Below are positions 38,126-48,524 of a stretch of DNA of 64,000 nt, piece by piece. The notes beneath the pieces are model-generated. The model was not told the DNA's origin. It saw only the letters and a program-made list of their open reading frames with translations, and ran no database searches. This DNA is from Trueperaceae bacterium. Lineage in GTDB: Bacteria > Deinococcota > Deinococci > Deinococcales > Trueperaceae. Made by a program: the position numbers and the translations under genes. Where the stretch lies: the NCBI GenBank assembly GCA_034520945.1, contig JAXHNB010000006.1, positions 192,001-256,000 on the forward strand, in the 5' to 3' direction. The stretch's first letter is position 1, and every line of letters starts with the position of its first letter.

Positions 38126-38732
38126 GGGCCGGCCGCCACGGGAGGAGTTCGGGCTTGGCGCGGGCGATCGCCACGACGGACGCGGCGGTGACGAACGCTT
38201 CGGCGAACAGCACGGGCCCGTGCGCGGCAAGGACCGCGCCGGCGGCGGGCAACAGTTCGCGACCGCTGAGGCCCAGGAGAACGGCCAGCACCAGCCCGGA
38301 GCCCAGCACGCCCGCCGCGCCCAGCAGCGCCGCGACCGGCGTCAGGCGGGCGGGACGGTCGCCGCGAAGCCAGCGTCGGGCCACCGCGTGGCACGCGACC
38401 GCCGGCACGGCGAACACCAACAGGTTGGCGCCCAGCACGGTGAGGCCGCCGTAGCCGAACAGCAGCAGTTGCAGGATCAGCGCCGCCAGGAAGGCGGGAA
38501 ACGCCGCCCAGCCCAGCAGGATCCCGACCAGGGCGGTGAGCAGCAGGTGCGCGCTGGCGACGCCCACGGGCACGTGCACCAGCGAGGCGACGAAGAACAG
38601 GGCGCTGGCCATCCCCACGCGCGGCACGTCGTCGGGGTCGAGTCGACGTAACGCCACGCTCAGGCCGGCGCCCGCGACCGCCGTGGCGCCCAACAGGACC
38701 GGGCCCGAGAGGACGCCGTCGGCGATGTGCAT
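38118..38732 (-). CDS. cbiM: ECF transporter S component (CbiM/NikM)
   Basis: N-terminal MHIADG metal-binding motif, SAHLL, QLLLFGYGGLTVLGAN. Confidence 0.92.
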   Translation of the reverse strand: MHIADGVLSGPVLLGATAVAGAGLSVALRRLDPDDVPRVGMASALFFVASLVHVPVGVASAHLLLTALVGILLGWAAFPAFLAALILQLLLFGYGGLTVLGANLLVFAVPAVACHAVARRWLRGDRPARLTPVAALLGAAGVLGSGLVLAVLLGLSGRELLPAAGAVLAAHGPVLFAEAFVTAASVVAIARAKPELLPWRPAHA

Positions 38733-38733
38733 C

Positions 38734-39519
38734 TCACTCCACCGCGCGGGCGTGCAGCCACAGGAGGCCACCGAGCTCGACGTCCCACGGCTGGCCGTCG
38801 GGGCCGGTCATGGGTTCCTCGCCGTCCACCAGCGCGGCGAAGCCCCACCAGCCGGCACGCGGCATCGCGTAGGCGAAGGTGCCGTTGGCATCGGCGCGAA
38901 TCGCCTGGGTCGCGAACACGAAGGCACCGGCGTCGACGCTGCCGTCGTTGCGCCACTCGACCTCGACCTCGGCGAAGGGTACCGGGGCGCCGTCCCGCAG
39001 CACCACGCCGCGGAACAGGTTGCCTGCCCACAGGTCGTACGGACGCGCCAACGGCCGGATCTCGACCGGCAGCCCGACGGGCTGCGCCCAGCCGTCGCTC
39101 AGAGCGTACGCGTTCACGATCACCTTGGCGTAGTGCACGATCGCCTTGCCTTCGGCCTCCTCGAAGTAGGGCGCGGGCTCGACGTAGAAGACGTGATCGC
39201 CGGGTGCTGCGACCTGGTAGCGGGCGCGGTATGCCGGTTGTCCCCCCACACGAACGGATTCCAGGGACTCGGACAGGTCGACCGTGCGGCCGCCGACGAT
39301 CACGCCGAACGCCGAGGGCCTCTCCATGGCCATCGTCGGCCCGCCCGCGAAGGGATGGGTGAACGTGAGCGACAACGCGAGGTCGGGGCCCGTGTCGTGC
39401 GTGACGAGGTCGTGTCCGGGGATCAGCTCCAGGAAGTGGGCGTGCGCCAGCGCGGCGAGCGCCGCCACGGCGAGCGCGACCCGCGCGGATCGGAGGGCGA
39501 GAGGGCGGAGGCGAGGCAT
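38734..39519 (-). CDS. DUF4198 periplasmic protein (CbiK/NikK-like)
   Basis: Signal peptide ending [40 protein letters not shown]. Confidence 0.82.
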   Translation of the reverse strand: MPRLRPLALRSARVALAVAALAALAHAHFLELIPGHDLVTHDTGPDLALSLTFTHPFAGGPTMAMERPSAFGVIVGGRTVDLSESLESVRVGGQPAYRARYQVAAPGDHVFYVEPAPYFEEAEGKAIVHYAKVIVNAYALSDGWAQPVGLPVEIRPLARPYDLWAGNLFRGVVLRDGAPVPFAEVEVEWRNDGSVDAGAFVFATQAIRADANGTFAYAMPRAGWWGFAALVDGEEPMTGPDGQPWDVELGGLLWLHARAVE

Positions 39520-39646
39520 CGGGCTCCCTTCGGCGCGCCACCGACCCGCACGGCGCGTTGCCCGAATGGTAGTGCCGGGCGGTGCATCGGGACAGGGGTT
39601 GAACGTCCCCGGGTAGGCCGTGAGCGCACGCGCTGCCCGGGGGCGT

Positions 39647-40432
39647 TCAGCGGCCCGTGGACCCCGCCTCCGCGCCATCACGAACGGCGGCGACGACCTC
39701 GTTCGCCCGTGCGCGCAGGTGGCCGAGGTCGGTGTCCGCCGTCACGAAGCCGAAGCCGCGCGCCAGCATCTCGCGCGCGTAGGCGGGGGACTTGCAGAAG
39801 ATGCCGGCGGGGACCCCGTGCGCCGCCGCGCGCTCCAAAAGGTGATCGAGGGCGTCCGGCACGGGCCCATCGCGGAAATCGGCGCCCGGAGGGCCGCCCA
39901 GGGCTTGCGACAGGTCGGCGGGCCCGACGAACACCATGTCCAGCTCGGGCACGCTCAAAACCTCGTCCAGCGCGTTCAGCGCGGCGCGGGTCTCGATCAT
40001 GGCGATGGCCAGGACCGTGTCGTTGGCCTCCGCGGCGTAGTCCGGCCCGCCGTAGAACGCGGCGCGGGTGGGGCCGTAGCTGCGGCGGCCGCGCGGGGGG
40101 TAGCGGCAGGCGGACACCAGGGCTCGCACGTCGTCGGCCCCTTCGATCATGGGGGCGATCACGCCGTACGCGCCGAGGTCCAGGGCCTTCATGATCCGGC
40201 CCGGTTCGTTCCAGGCGACCCGCACCAACGGCACGGTGTCGGTGGTGGAGAGGGCCTGCAGGGCGCTCAACAACTCGGCGTCGTCGACCGCCCCGTGTTG
40301 CTGATCCACGGTGACGGCGTCGAAGCCGGCGTGCGCCAACGCTTCGGCGACGAGGGGGTGGCCGGCCGTCAACCAGCCGGAGAGCACCGGACGGCCGTGT
40401 CGGAGGGCTTGCTGGACAGGATTCGGGCGCAT
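39647..40432 (-). CDS. HpcH/HpaI aldolase family protein
   Basis: VDQQHG, PLVRV, ALDLGA, YPPRGRR, AMIET, FVGPADL. Confidence 0.92.
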   Translation of the reverse strand: MRPNPVQQALRHGRPVLSGWLTAGHPLVAEALAHAGFDAVTVDQQHGAVDDAELLSALQALSTTDTVPLVRVAWNEPGRIMKALDLGAYGVIAPMIEGADDVRALVSACRYPPRGRRSYGPTRAAFYGGPDYAAEANDTVLAIAMIETRAALNALDEVLSVPELDMVFVGPADLSQALGGPPGADFRDGPVPDALDHLLERAAAHGVPAGIFCKSPAYAREMLARGFGFVTADTDLGHLRARANEVVAAVRDGAEAGSTGR

Positions 40433-40513
40433 GGCTCAGCCTATCGTGCCCGGCAGCGTGGCGCGACGGTCGAGGGGGCACATGCCCCCCGGCTGCGGCG
40501 GTAGCGTGGGGCC

Positions 40514-41704
40514 ATGTCCCGTGCCCTGATCGACCACCTCGGCCAGCAGCTCGAGGCCCTCCGCGCCGAAGGCCTCTATAAGCACGAACGGGTGCTCACC
40601 TCCGCCCAGCAGGCCGAGATCACCGTGTCGGACGGCGCGGAGGTGTTGAACCTGTGCGCCAACGACTACCTGGGCCTCGCCAACGATCCCCGCATCAATG
40701 ATGCGGCCAAGCGGGGGATCGACACGCGCGGGTTCGGGCTGGCCTCGGTGCGGTTCATCTGTGGGACGCAGGACGTGCACAAGGAGCTCGAGGCGCGCCT
40801 GGCCGACTTCGTCGGCTGCGAGGAGGCGATCTTGTACGCCTCGTGCTTCGACGCCAACGGCGGACTGTTCGAGACGTTGCTGGGCCCCGAGGACGCGGTA
40901 ATCAGCGACGCGTTGAACCACGCCAGCATCATCGACGGCATCCGCCTGTGCAAGGCGCGCCGCTTGCGGTACGCCAACGACGACATGGCCGACCTCGAGG
41001 CCAAACTCCGCGAGGCCCAGGACGCCCGCTTCCGGCTGATCGCCACCGACGGCGTGTTCTCGATGGACGGGATCGTCGCGGATCTGGAGGCGATCTGCGA
41101 CCTGGCCGACCGCTACGACGCGTTGGTGATGGTGGACGACTGCCACGCCACCGGCTTCATGGGGGCCGAGGGGCGGGGCAGCGCGGAGCATCGCGGCGTG
41201 CTGGGCCGCGTCGACATCGTCACCAGCACGCTGGGCAAGGCGCTGGGCGGGGCGAGCGGCGGCTTCACCGCCGCCCGGGGCGAGATCGTGCGCTGGTTGC
41301 GGCAGCGCAGCCGGCCGTACCTGTTCTCGAACAGCGTCGCGCCGCCGGTGGTCACGGCGTCGCTGGCGGTGCTGGACCTGCTGGAGGGGTCGGACGAGCT
41401 GCGCGCGCGCTTGCAGGACAACGCCGCGTGGTTTCGCGCCGAGATGGCGGCGGCCGGGTTCCGGCTGGCGGGCGAGGGTCACCCGATCGTGCCGGTGATG
41501 ATCGGCGACGCCGCGTTGGCCTCCCGCATGGCCGAGCGGCTGCTGGAGGAGGGGATCTACGCCATCGCGTTCTCGTACCCGGTGGTGCCCCGGGGCGAGG
41601 CCCGCATCCGCACGCAGATGTCGGCGCTGCACACGCGTGCGCAGTTGCAGCGCGCGGTCGACGCGTTCGTACGCGTCGGCCGCGAACTCGGGGTGGTGGC
41701 ATGA
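40514..41704 (+). CDS. kbl: Glycine C-acetyltransferase (2-amino-3-ketobutyrate CoA ligase)
   Basis: [52 protein letters not shown]. Confidence 0.96.
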   Translation: MSRALIDHLGQQLEALRAEGLYKHERVLTSAQQAEITVSDGAEVLNLCANDYLGLANDPRINDAAKRGIDTRGFGLASVRFICGTQDVHKELEARLADFVGCEEAILYASCFDANGGLFETLLGPEDAVISDALNHASIIDGIRLCKARRLRYANDDMADLEAKLREAQDARFRLIATDGVFSMDGIVADLEAICDLADRYDALVMVDDCHATGFMGAEGRGSAEHRGVLGRVDIVTSTLGKALGGASGGFTAARGEIVRWLRQRSRPYLFSNSVAPPVVTASLAVLDLLEGSDELRARLQDNAAWFRAEMAAAGFRLAGEGHPIVPVMIGDAALASRMAERLLEEGIYAIAFSYPVVPRGEARIRTQMSALHTRAQLQRAVDAFVRVGRELGVVA

Positions 41705-41729
41705 CGCCCTGCGCCCCCTGGAGGACGGC

Positions 41730-42764
41730 GTGAAGGCCCTGGCGAAGTCGGAGCCCCGTCCCGGGTTGTGGCGCATCGACGCGCCCGAGCCCGAACCGGG
41801 CCCGCGTGACCTGCTCTTGGACGTCACGCACACCTCGATTTGCGGCACCGACCTGCACATCTACGACTGGGACGACTGGGCGCGCCGCACGGTGCCCGTG
41901 CCGATGATCATCGGACACGAGTACGTCGGCGTGGTGCGCGAGGTGGGCGCCGAGGTCCAGGGTTTCGCGGTGGGCGACCGGGTGGCCGGCGAGGGGCACC
42001 TCACCTGCGGGCACTGCCGCAACTGCCGGGCCGGGCGCCGGCACCTGTGCCGCAACACCCGCGGGGTGGGCGTGAACGTGCCGGGCGCGTTCGCGGAACG
42101 GTTCGTGCTGCCCGCCGGCAACGCGTTCCGGGTGCCGCCCGGCATCCCCGACGCATGGGCCGCCCTGTTGGACCCGTTCGGCAATGCGGTGCATACCGCG
42201 CTCACCTTCGACCTGGTCGGTGAGGACGTGCTGATCACGGGGGCGGGACCGATCGGCGTGATGGCGGCGGCGGTGGCGCGCTTCGCCGGGGCGCGCTTCA
42301 TCGTGATCACCGACGTCGCGGCCGACCGTCTGGCGCTGGCCGAGCGGATGGGCGTGGTGGACAAGGCGGTGGACGTCTCGGGCGACGCGCCCGACCTGCG
42401 CGAGGTGATGGGCGAGCTCGGCATGACGGAAGGCTTCGACGTGGCGCTCGAGATGTCCGGCGCCGCGGCCGCCTTCGAGGACATCCTGGGGTCCATCAAC
42501 CACGGGGGGCGGGTGGCGCTGCTGGGCATTCCGTCCGCCCCGATCGCGATCGACTGGAACCGGGTGATCTTCAAGGGGCTCACCCTGCGGGGGATCTACG
42601 GTCGGCGCATGTTCGAGACCTGGTACAAGACCGCCAACCTGCTTCAGTCCGGCGTCGACCTGGCGCCCGTCATCACGCACCAGCTTCCCGCCGACGCGTT
42701 CGAGGAGGGGTTCGACGCGATGCGGACGGGTCGGGCCGGCAAGGTGATCCTGGATTGGACCTGA
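41730..42764 (+). CDS. tdh: L-threonine 3-dehydrogenase
   Basis: [21 protein letters not shown]...[32 protein letters not shown] 41730, directly after kbl. Confidence 0.95.
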   Translation: MKALAKSEPRPGLWRIDAPEPEPGPRDLLLDVTHTSICGTDLHIYDWDDWARRTVPVPMIIGHEYVGVVREVGAEVQGFAVGDRVAGEGHLTCGHCRNCRAGRRHLCRNTRGVGVNVPGAFAERFVLPAGNAFRVPPGIPDAWAALLDPFGNAVHTALTFDLVGEDVLITGAGPIGVMAAAVARFAGARFIVITDVAADRLALAERMGVVDKAVDVSGDAPDLREVMGELGMTEGFDVALEMSGAAAAFEDILGSINHGGRVALLGIPSAPIAIDWNRVIFKGLTLRGIYGRRMFETWYKTANLLQSGVDLAPVITHQLPADAFEEGFDAMRTGRAGKVILDWT

Positions 42765-42777
42765 GGCGCCCCTCGCG

Positions 42778-44027
42778 TCAGTTCGCGAGGTCACCGATCG
42801 CGCTGCGATAGAAGGCTTCGATCTCGTCCAGTACGACGTCCTGCCGGTATCGCCCCTGCGCCCGGCGGCGCGCCCGGTCGCCCAACGTCGCGCGGAGCGT
42901 GGGATCCTCCAGCAGGCGCACGATCCTCGCCGCCAGCCCGTCCACGTCCGGTGGGTCGTACAGCAGGCCGGCGTTGCCGTCGTCCAACAGCTCGACCATG
43001 CCGCCGGCCGCGCTGCCGACGATCGCCTTGCCGTAGGTCATCGCTTCGAGGCAGGTATAGCCGAACGCCTCGAAGATCGAGGGCAGCACGCAGACGGCGG
43101 CCGGCGCGTAATACTCGCTCAGCGCTTCGTGCGGCACCTGTCCCACCAGCTCCAGCTTGGGCTGCAGGGCGGGGGGTAGCAGGCTGCGAAGGTACGCGCC
43201 CGTGGACGGGAAGTCGCCCACGGGGATCTGATCGTTGCCGACGAACACGAACCGCGCCTCGGGGACGCGCGCCAGAACCTGCGGCATGGCCCGCACCAGC
43301 AGGTGGACGCCCTTCATGCGTTGCAGGCGCCCGACGAACAGCACGATCGGCGGGTCCGCTTCCGCGGTGGGGTGCGTCACGGGGGCGTAGGTCGGCGGGT
43401 TCGGGTGGACACGGATCGGGCGGTTGCCCAGGCGCATCTCGTCGCGGAACGCCCGGACACACGCGGCGCCTGGCGCGCTCAGGTGCGTGGACGACAGGAG
43501 GTAGCGCCGTTCGATGGTGCGTACCATGCGGCGAAGCGCCTCCGGGAGGGTCGGTTCGACCTTCTCGGTCATGGTCAACGGGGTGTGGAGGCGCACCACG
43601 AACGGCACGTGCGGGTGTCGCGATGGGCGGTAGCGGATCGGTTCGGCCATGTGGTCGGCCGCCTCGATCAGGTCGATCGCCTCCTCGTGCACCAGTTGGT
43701 GCAGCTTTGCGGCGATCGCGCCACGGTAGCGCCACTCCCGCCGTGCGACCCGCGCGGCGAAGCGCGCGCTGCGGACGCCGCGCAGGTCGGTGGGCAGCTC
43801 CGGCCGGGCCGGCGTCACGCGGTGCACGACGACCCCCGCCTCACTGCGGACGTCGTCATGATCGCCACGCGTCACCACGTGGACGCGGTGGCCACGATCA
43901 CACAGGCCGTGGGCCAGCGCCTTGGTGTAGGCGCCGATCCCGGCGCTGAACGGATCGGGTGGGTATTCGATGGAGGCCAGTGCGATGCGGAGAGGCGCTT
44001 CGATGCGCGGATGATATCCGTGTTCAC
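42778..44027 (-). pseudogene. Family 4 glycosyltransferase with an apparent 1-nt deletion near the 5' end (frameshift or assembly error)
   Basis: C-terminal GT4 motifs FVGRL..MKG and EAFG...LEAM. The N-terminal GT4 segment RIALASIEYP...GIGAYTKALAHGL...GHRVHV lies upstream of the first in-frame start (43878). GTG 44027 is one base out of frame. Confidence 0.6.
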
Positions 44028-44031
44028 TGCC

Positions 44032-45027
44032 CTACGCGCCGCCGCCGCGGGCCCGGCCCGCCAGGCTCCGTGCCAGCATGGTGCCGCCCAGCACCGGTCC
44101 CAGCAGCAGCGCCAGATAGTGCCCCGTGAGCCGCCACGCCAGCACCGCGGGCGCGATGAGCGCCGGGTCGGCCGCTCGGGTGAACATGGCGGCGGCCGCG
44201 AGCTCCATGTAGCCGCTCCCGCCCGGCGTGGGGACGAGGTAGGCGCCGATCGACACCAGGAGCACCACCATCAGGGTCGGCAGCAGCGCCAGCGGCGCGC
44301 CCAAGCCCAGCGTGGCGTAGGCGAAGAAGATGGCGTGGAGCGAAAGGTGCATGCCCGCCGTGAGGAGGTTCAGCGCGGCGTGCGTGAGGTAGGTGCCACC
44401 CGTGACCGTGGCGGTGGCCTCCTCCAGCTCCAGCACGAAACGCGTGGCGTGCCGCCGGCGTCTCCGGAGCAGCGGAAGCGAGAACGCCCGCAGGACCCGC
44501 CGCCCGAACCAGCGCAGCCGGAACGCCAACAAGAACCAGAGCGCCACGAACGCCGCGCCCAGCGGGGCCGCCAGCCAGACCAGGGAGCGATCCACGATCC
44601 CTCCGCCGAGCGCCAACCCGACGACGGCGAGCGGCACCGACCAGGCGAAGAACGCCAAGTCCAGGATGGTGGTGTACACCGCGATCGACCAGGACGTGGC
44701 GTGCGTCATCCCCTCGCGGCGCAGGGTGAGGGCGATCGCCGGGTGGTTCCCGCCGCCGCTCGGCGTCACGGCCGCGGCGAACAGCCCCAGCAGGTGGGCG
44801 CGTGCGCCCCGCAAGACGGAGAGGCGCACCCCCGCCGCGCGGGCCAGCAACGCCAGGCGGGCCCCACCACAGGCGTAGCTCGCCATCAGCAGCCCCAGCG
44901 CGACCCGCAGGGCGGCGCGGTCCTGGTGCCACAGGCGCAGCAGATCCGCCGGTTCGCCCAGCAGCACGGCGACCAGCACCAGGCTGGCCGCGCTGAGGAT
45001 CACCGACGCGAGGATGGTGCGGATCAC
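44032..45027 (-). CDS. Lysylphosphatidylglycerol synthase TM-domain / UPF0104 flippase-like membrane protein
   Basis: AVTPSGGG, VPTPGGSGYME, WRLTGHY; multiple TM helices. GTG 45027. Confidence 0.85.
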   Translation of the reverse strand: MIRTILASVILSAASLVLVAVLLGEPADLLRLWHQDRAALRVALGLLMASYACGGARLALLARAAGVRLSVLRGARAHLLGLFAAAVTPSGGGNHPAIALTLRREGMTHATSWSIAVYTTILDLAFFAWSVPLAVVGLALGGGIVDRSLVWLAAPLGAAFVALWFLLAFRLRWFGRRVLRAFSLPLLRRRRRHATRFVLELEEATATVTGGTYLTHAALNLLTAGMHLSLHAIFFAYATLGLGAPLALLPTLMVVLLVSIGAYLVPTPGGSGYMELAAAAMFTRAADPALIAPAVLAWRLTGHYLALLLGPVLGGTMLARSLAGRARGGGA

Positions 45028-45866
45028 CGGGTGGGGGTCGTCTCTGCGCGCCGCCGAACGTCGCGGTGGCACACGCCGACGAACCGCTCGACCTGGCGGA
45101 AGCCGAGGCGCCCGTAGATCCGATCGGCGCTCGCGCCCTCGTCGGCCATGATCACCAGGCGCGCCGCGCCGAGCCGTGCGAAGCCGTCGCGCGCGACCGC
45201 GTGCACCATGGCGGACGCCACCCCGCGCCTGCGCAGCGTCGGCACCACGCGCACGTCCTGAAACCGGCCCAGTCCCTCGCGTACGTACAGCCCCATGGTG
45301 CCCGCCGGCTGGCCGTCCAGGGTGGCGAGGTACCAGCCGCCGTGGAGGCCCGGGGGCCCACCGTCGCGCACCCAGCGAAGGGTGCGCGCCAGGACGCGCC
45401 GCAGGAAGCGGGCGTAGGCTTCGGGCGCCTCGTCGGTGTCGCGTACGCCCGAGTGCTGCACTGCACGGAACGCACGCCACGAAGGCGCGTCGTCGACGCG
45501 GCGCAGCGCGAATCCCGGCGGCTGGGGCGGCGCGGCCGCCAGGTCGCGCGGCGTCGCGGTGCGAACGGTGTTGCGGTCGACATCGTAGCCGGCGTCCTCG
45601 AACGAAGCCAGGTCACCTTCGCGTCCATGGGGGTCGTCCCACGCGAAGGTGGCGTGGGTGACGCCCGGGTCGCGCGCGAAGGTCTCGGCGAAGCGTGCCT
45701 CCCAGCGTCCGCGATCGCCCGCCCCGGGGGGTCCCGCGAAGGCGAGGAGGTTGCCCCAGTGCGCGTCGGGGATGGAAGGCGTACGCAGGGCGAGGGCGTC
45801 GCCGAGGTCGTCGACCTCCTCGACGAACCAGGCTTCGGTGCGCAAACCCAGCGAGCGTGGCGTCAC
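45024..45866 (-). CDS. GNAT family acetyltransferase
   Basis: LRTP...HWGN, RFQDV.V.PTLRRRGVAS, ADRIYGRLGF. GTG 45866 preferred over track start 46010. Confidence 0.8.
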   Translation of the reverse strand: MTPRSLGLRTEAWFVEEVDDLGDALALRTPSIPDAHWGNLLAFAGPPGAGDRGRWEARFAETFARDPGVTHATFAWDDPHGREGDLASFEDAGYDVDRNTVRTATPRDLAAAPPQPPGFALRRVDDAPSWRAFRAVQHSGVRDTDEAPEAYARFLRRVLARTLRWVRDGGPPGLHGGWYLATLDGQPAGTMGLYVREGLGRFQDVRVVPTLRRRGVASAMVHAVARDGFARLGAARLVIMADEGASADRIYGRLGFRQVERFVGVCHRDVRRRAETTPTR

Positions 45867-46250
45867 GAACGTCCTTTCGTGGCGAAGGTGCTGCGCGCAC
45901 GAGAACGCGCCACCGCGCGTGCGGGGGCGTGTGGGACGTGCTGCGGTTTGTACGAGCGAGGCGGGGGTGGGCACGACGCGAAACGCATGCCAACGGAATC
46001 CCTCGTTCACCTATTCCATGCTCCGTCGCGTCCCGATACCGTCGCCCGTAGGGGCCGTTCGGATCAGCTGTCGAGCCTCAAGTGGGAACGAGGAATTCCG
46101 TTCAAGGATCGGTTCGAGGTCTCTTCGATACGAACCTCCTTTCACCTGTGATCCTACGCCCCGCGCCGGCAGGGCGCAGTGAAGCACGATCCAGCGTTCG
46201 GCCGGCGAATGCGCTATGATGAGTTTTTGGGGCGCGGTCGCGGTCGCCGC

Positions 46251-46661
46251 TCAGCCTCGGATCGATGCGTCGTCGAGGCCGATGCCGGCGATGTCAGCGA
46301 TACGGGCCATGTCGACGTCCTGAGCAAGCAGCGTAGCCCCGGTGCGCAGGGCTACCGTCGCAATCATGCAATCGATCAGTCCCCGTGGCGTGATGCCGGC
46401 GCGGCGGCAGGTGCGATAGATGCGGGCGGCCCCTTCGAAGTCCGTGACGGAATCGAAGCCCAGGAGCCGGAAGCGTAGGAGCAGGCGACGCAGTTCCGAC
46501 GCACTGCTCTCGTCTCGCGCGCCGGCGAGAACCTCCATCAGGACTGGCTCCGTCACGGCGATCTCGTCGTTGTCCGCGATCAGCTTCGTCAGCCGCTGAT
46601 CGACAGGGCTTCCGTTCCCGCGGTCGTACTCCACCCACGCCGAGGTGTCGGCGAGGATCAC
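46251..46661 (-). CDS. vapC: VapC PIN-domain toxin
   Basis: ILADTSAW, VLMEVLAG, IDCMIA, LLAQDVD acidic PIN residues. GTG 46661 overlaps the antitoxin stop. Confidence 0.9.
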   Translation of the reverse strand: MILADTSAWVEYDRGNGSPVDQRLTKLIADNDEIAVTEPVLMEVLAGARDESSASELRRLLLRFRLLGFDSVTDFEGAARIYRTCRRAGITPRGLIDCMIATVALRTGATLLAQDVDMARIADIAGIGLDDASIRG

Positions 46662-46870
46662 GAGTCGCCGCGCGGTCCGGCATCGGGCGGGATACGCCGG
46701 ATCGCCCGGACGCCCCGCATTTGGAGGGCTTCCTCGCGGCTCATCGGCTGACCGGCGAGGTGCCGGAGCGCAACGTCGACGGCCTCGGTCTTGGTCCGGA
46801 CCCCGAAGCGCTGCATGATGACCTCCACGTAGGCATCCTCGATCTCGATGTTGGTACGGGTACGACTCAT
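46658..46870 (-). CDS. vapB: VapB antitoxin (ribbon-helix-helix type)
   Basis: MSRTRTNIEIED...TKTEAVDVALRHL; 70 aa, immediately upstream of vapC. Confidence 0.88.
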   Translation of the reverse strand: MSRTRTNIEIEDAYVEVIMQRFGVRTKTEAVDVALRHLAGQPMSREEALQMRGVRAIRRIPPDAGPRGDS

Positions 46871-46906
46871 ACACGTATTATACACCTGCCGTGTAAGAAT
46901 GGTGTA
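46870..46906 (-). promoter_or_regulatory. Leaderless vapBC promoter with a symmetric autoregulatory operator
   Basis: Minus-strand TATAAT (46882-46877) lies 6 nt before ATG, embedded in TACAC-N6-TACAC-N5-GTGTA-N6-GTGTA. Confidence 0.8.
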
Positions 46907-47100
46907 ATGGGACGTACGCCTTGCTTCACCCGACGCGACGTCCACGCGCCCGCAGAAGTCCCACATGATCGGCTTCACGATTGGCGTCACGGCTCACGTG
47001 CTCGAGGCACGCTCTTAAAACGGCTTCGGAGGCCTTTGCGCGTTCGTGCGTGCGGCCGCGCACGGCCTGGCTGTGTAATGCGGCGGGTACGTCGTCTTCG

Positions 47101-47817
47101 TCAGCGGGCGGGCAGGTCGGCGGAATCGCGGGGCGCGTAGCGCACGTCCAGCTCGCCCAGGCCGTCGATGTGCCCCCGGAGGTGGGCGTTCGGGCCGACG
47201 GGACCGACGCCCGCGGGGGTGCCGGTCATGATCAGGTCGCCCGGGGCGAGTTCGACGAGGGTGCTGAGGTAGGCGAGGGTCTCGGGCACCTTCCAGATCT
47301 GTTGCGCCAGGTCGCCGTCCTGACGCCGTTCGCCGTCCACCTCCAGCCAGATGGCGCCGTGCTCCAGATGGCCGGTCTCCTGGACGGGCGTGATGGGCCC
47401 GATGGGGGCCGATTGGTCGAAGCCCTTGGCGGTGTCCCACGGCCGGCCCATCTTCTTGGCGGTCGCCTGCAGGTCGCGGCGGGTCATGTCGAGTCCGACG
47501 GCGTAGCCGTAGATGTGCGCCAGCGCTTCTGCGACCACGATGTCACGGCCGCCGCGCGCCAGGGCGACCACCAACTCGATCTCGTGGTGGAGATCACGGG
47601 TCGCGACCGGGAACGGCAACGCGCCCCCTTCGGGGACGATGGCATCGGCGGGCTTGGTGAAGAAGAAGGGCGGTTCCTTGTCGGGGTCGTGGCCCATCTC
47701 GACGGCGTGGGCGGCGTAGTTCCGGCCGACGCAGTAGATGCGGCGCACCGGGAAGCGGGCCTCCTCGCCGCGAACGGGCAGGCTGGGAACGGGCGGGGGG
47801 TCGATGACGTAGCGCAT
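47101..47817 (-). CDS. Fumarylacetoacetate hydrolase family protein (acylpyruvase / fumarylpyruvate hydrolase-like)
   Basis: [50 protein letters not shown]. Confidence 0.93.
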   Translation of the reverse strand: MRYVIDPPPVPSLPVRGEEARFPVRRIYCVGRNYAAHAVEMGHDPDKEPPFFFTKPADAIVPEGGALPFPVATRDLHHEIELVVALARGGRDIVVAEALAHIYGYAVGLDMTRRDLQATAKKMGRPWDTAKGFDQSAPIGPITPVQETGHLEHGAIWLEVDGERRQDGDLAQQIWKVPETLAYLSTLVELAPGDLIMTGTPAGVGPVGPNAHLRGHIDGLGELDVRYAPRDSADLPAR

Positions 47818-47904
47818 GACGAAACCTCGATTCCAGGGTGCAGGGACGGAGAGGGATCCTACCGCGGGGGCGCAGGCGCGGGCCGAGGTGGGGCGGCCGG
47901 CGGT

Positions 47905-48456
47905 TCAGCGGCCGGCGGCGTAGAAGGCGACGCGGCGTTCGAAGTAGGCAACCACCTCGGAGGCGACGTACGCGAAGGCGAAGACCACGATGAGCAGGGC
48001 CCAGAACTGTGGCATCACGAAGTTGCGATTCGGAATGTCCAGGAAGGTGGCGTGGACGTTGCCGCGCAGCAGGGCGGTGGCACGGACTTCGCTGCCGGGC
48101 ACGTAGCTCAGCTCGCTGAATTCGATCCCTTCGACCTGTTCGGTGAAGCGCGCGGCGGCTTCGGTGCCGGAGCCGCGGGTGTGGACCGTGAACGGTGCGC
48201 CGATGCCGATGTCCACCTGGCGGTTGGCGACCGCCTGCGTGGCCAGGTCTTCGCCGGTGAGCTCCACCAGCTCGATGTCGTAGCCGCGCTCCCGCATTCG
48301 CTCATGGGCCACGAACAGGTTGAGCGTCTCGACGGCTTCGATGTCGCCGAGGCCGATGCGGGCGTCCTGGGCCACAGCCTGCTGGCCGATCAGGACGGCC
48401 GCCAGTACGACGACGACGAGGGTCGTGAACCGGTGGGGTGTACGGGCGTGACGCAT
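47905..48456 (-). pseudogene. Collapsed ABC transporter remnant: N-terminal part of an SsuA/NMT1-like substrate-binding protein fused in frame to a permease-like last TM helix
   Basis: GGAGGAGG SD, signal peptide, AVANRQVDIG, HTRGSGT, RATALLRGNVHAT, then an abrupt switch to FWALLIVVFAFAYVASEVVAYFERR. Only 183 aa, with no ATPase or permease genes adjacent. Confidence 0.65.
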
Positions 48457-48524
48457 ACGCATCCTCCTCCGAGATCGCAGGGACGGTTTGTGTCTTGGCT
48501 TCGCATCGTAGATCAAGATGTGTA

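Noticed and set aside
42778..45027. Programmed TAG readthrough or pyrrolysine fusion of the flippase-like gene and GT4
   Set aside because: A single-base deletion explains the data more simply, and no recoding signal is evident; kept only as an alternative.
45870..47100. vapBC region as a bounded mobile element
   Set aside because: No integrase or transposase, and no flanking direct repeats or att sites could be identified.
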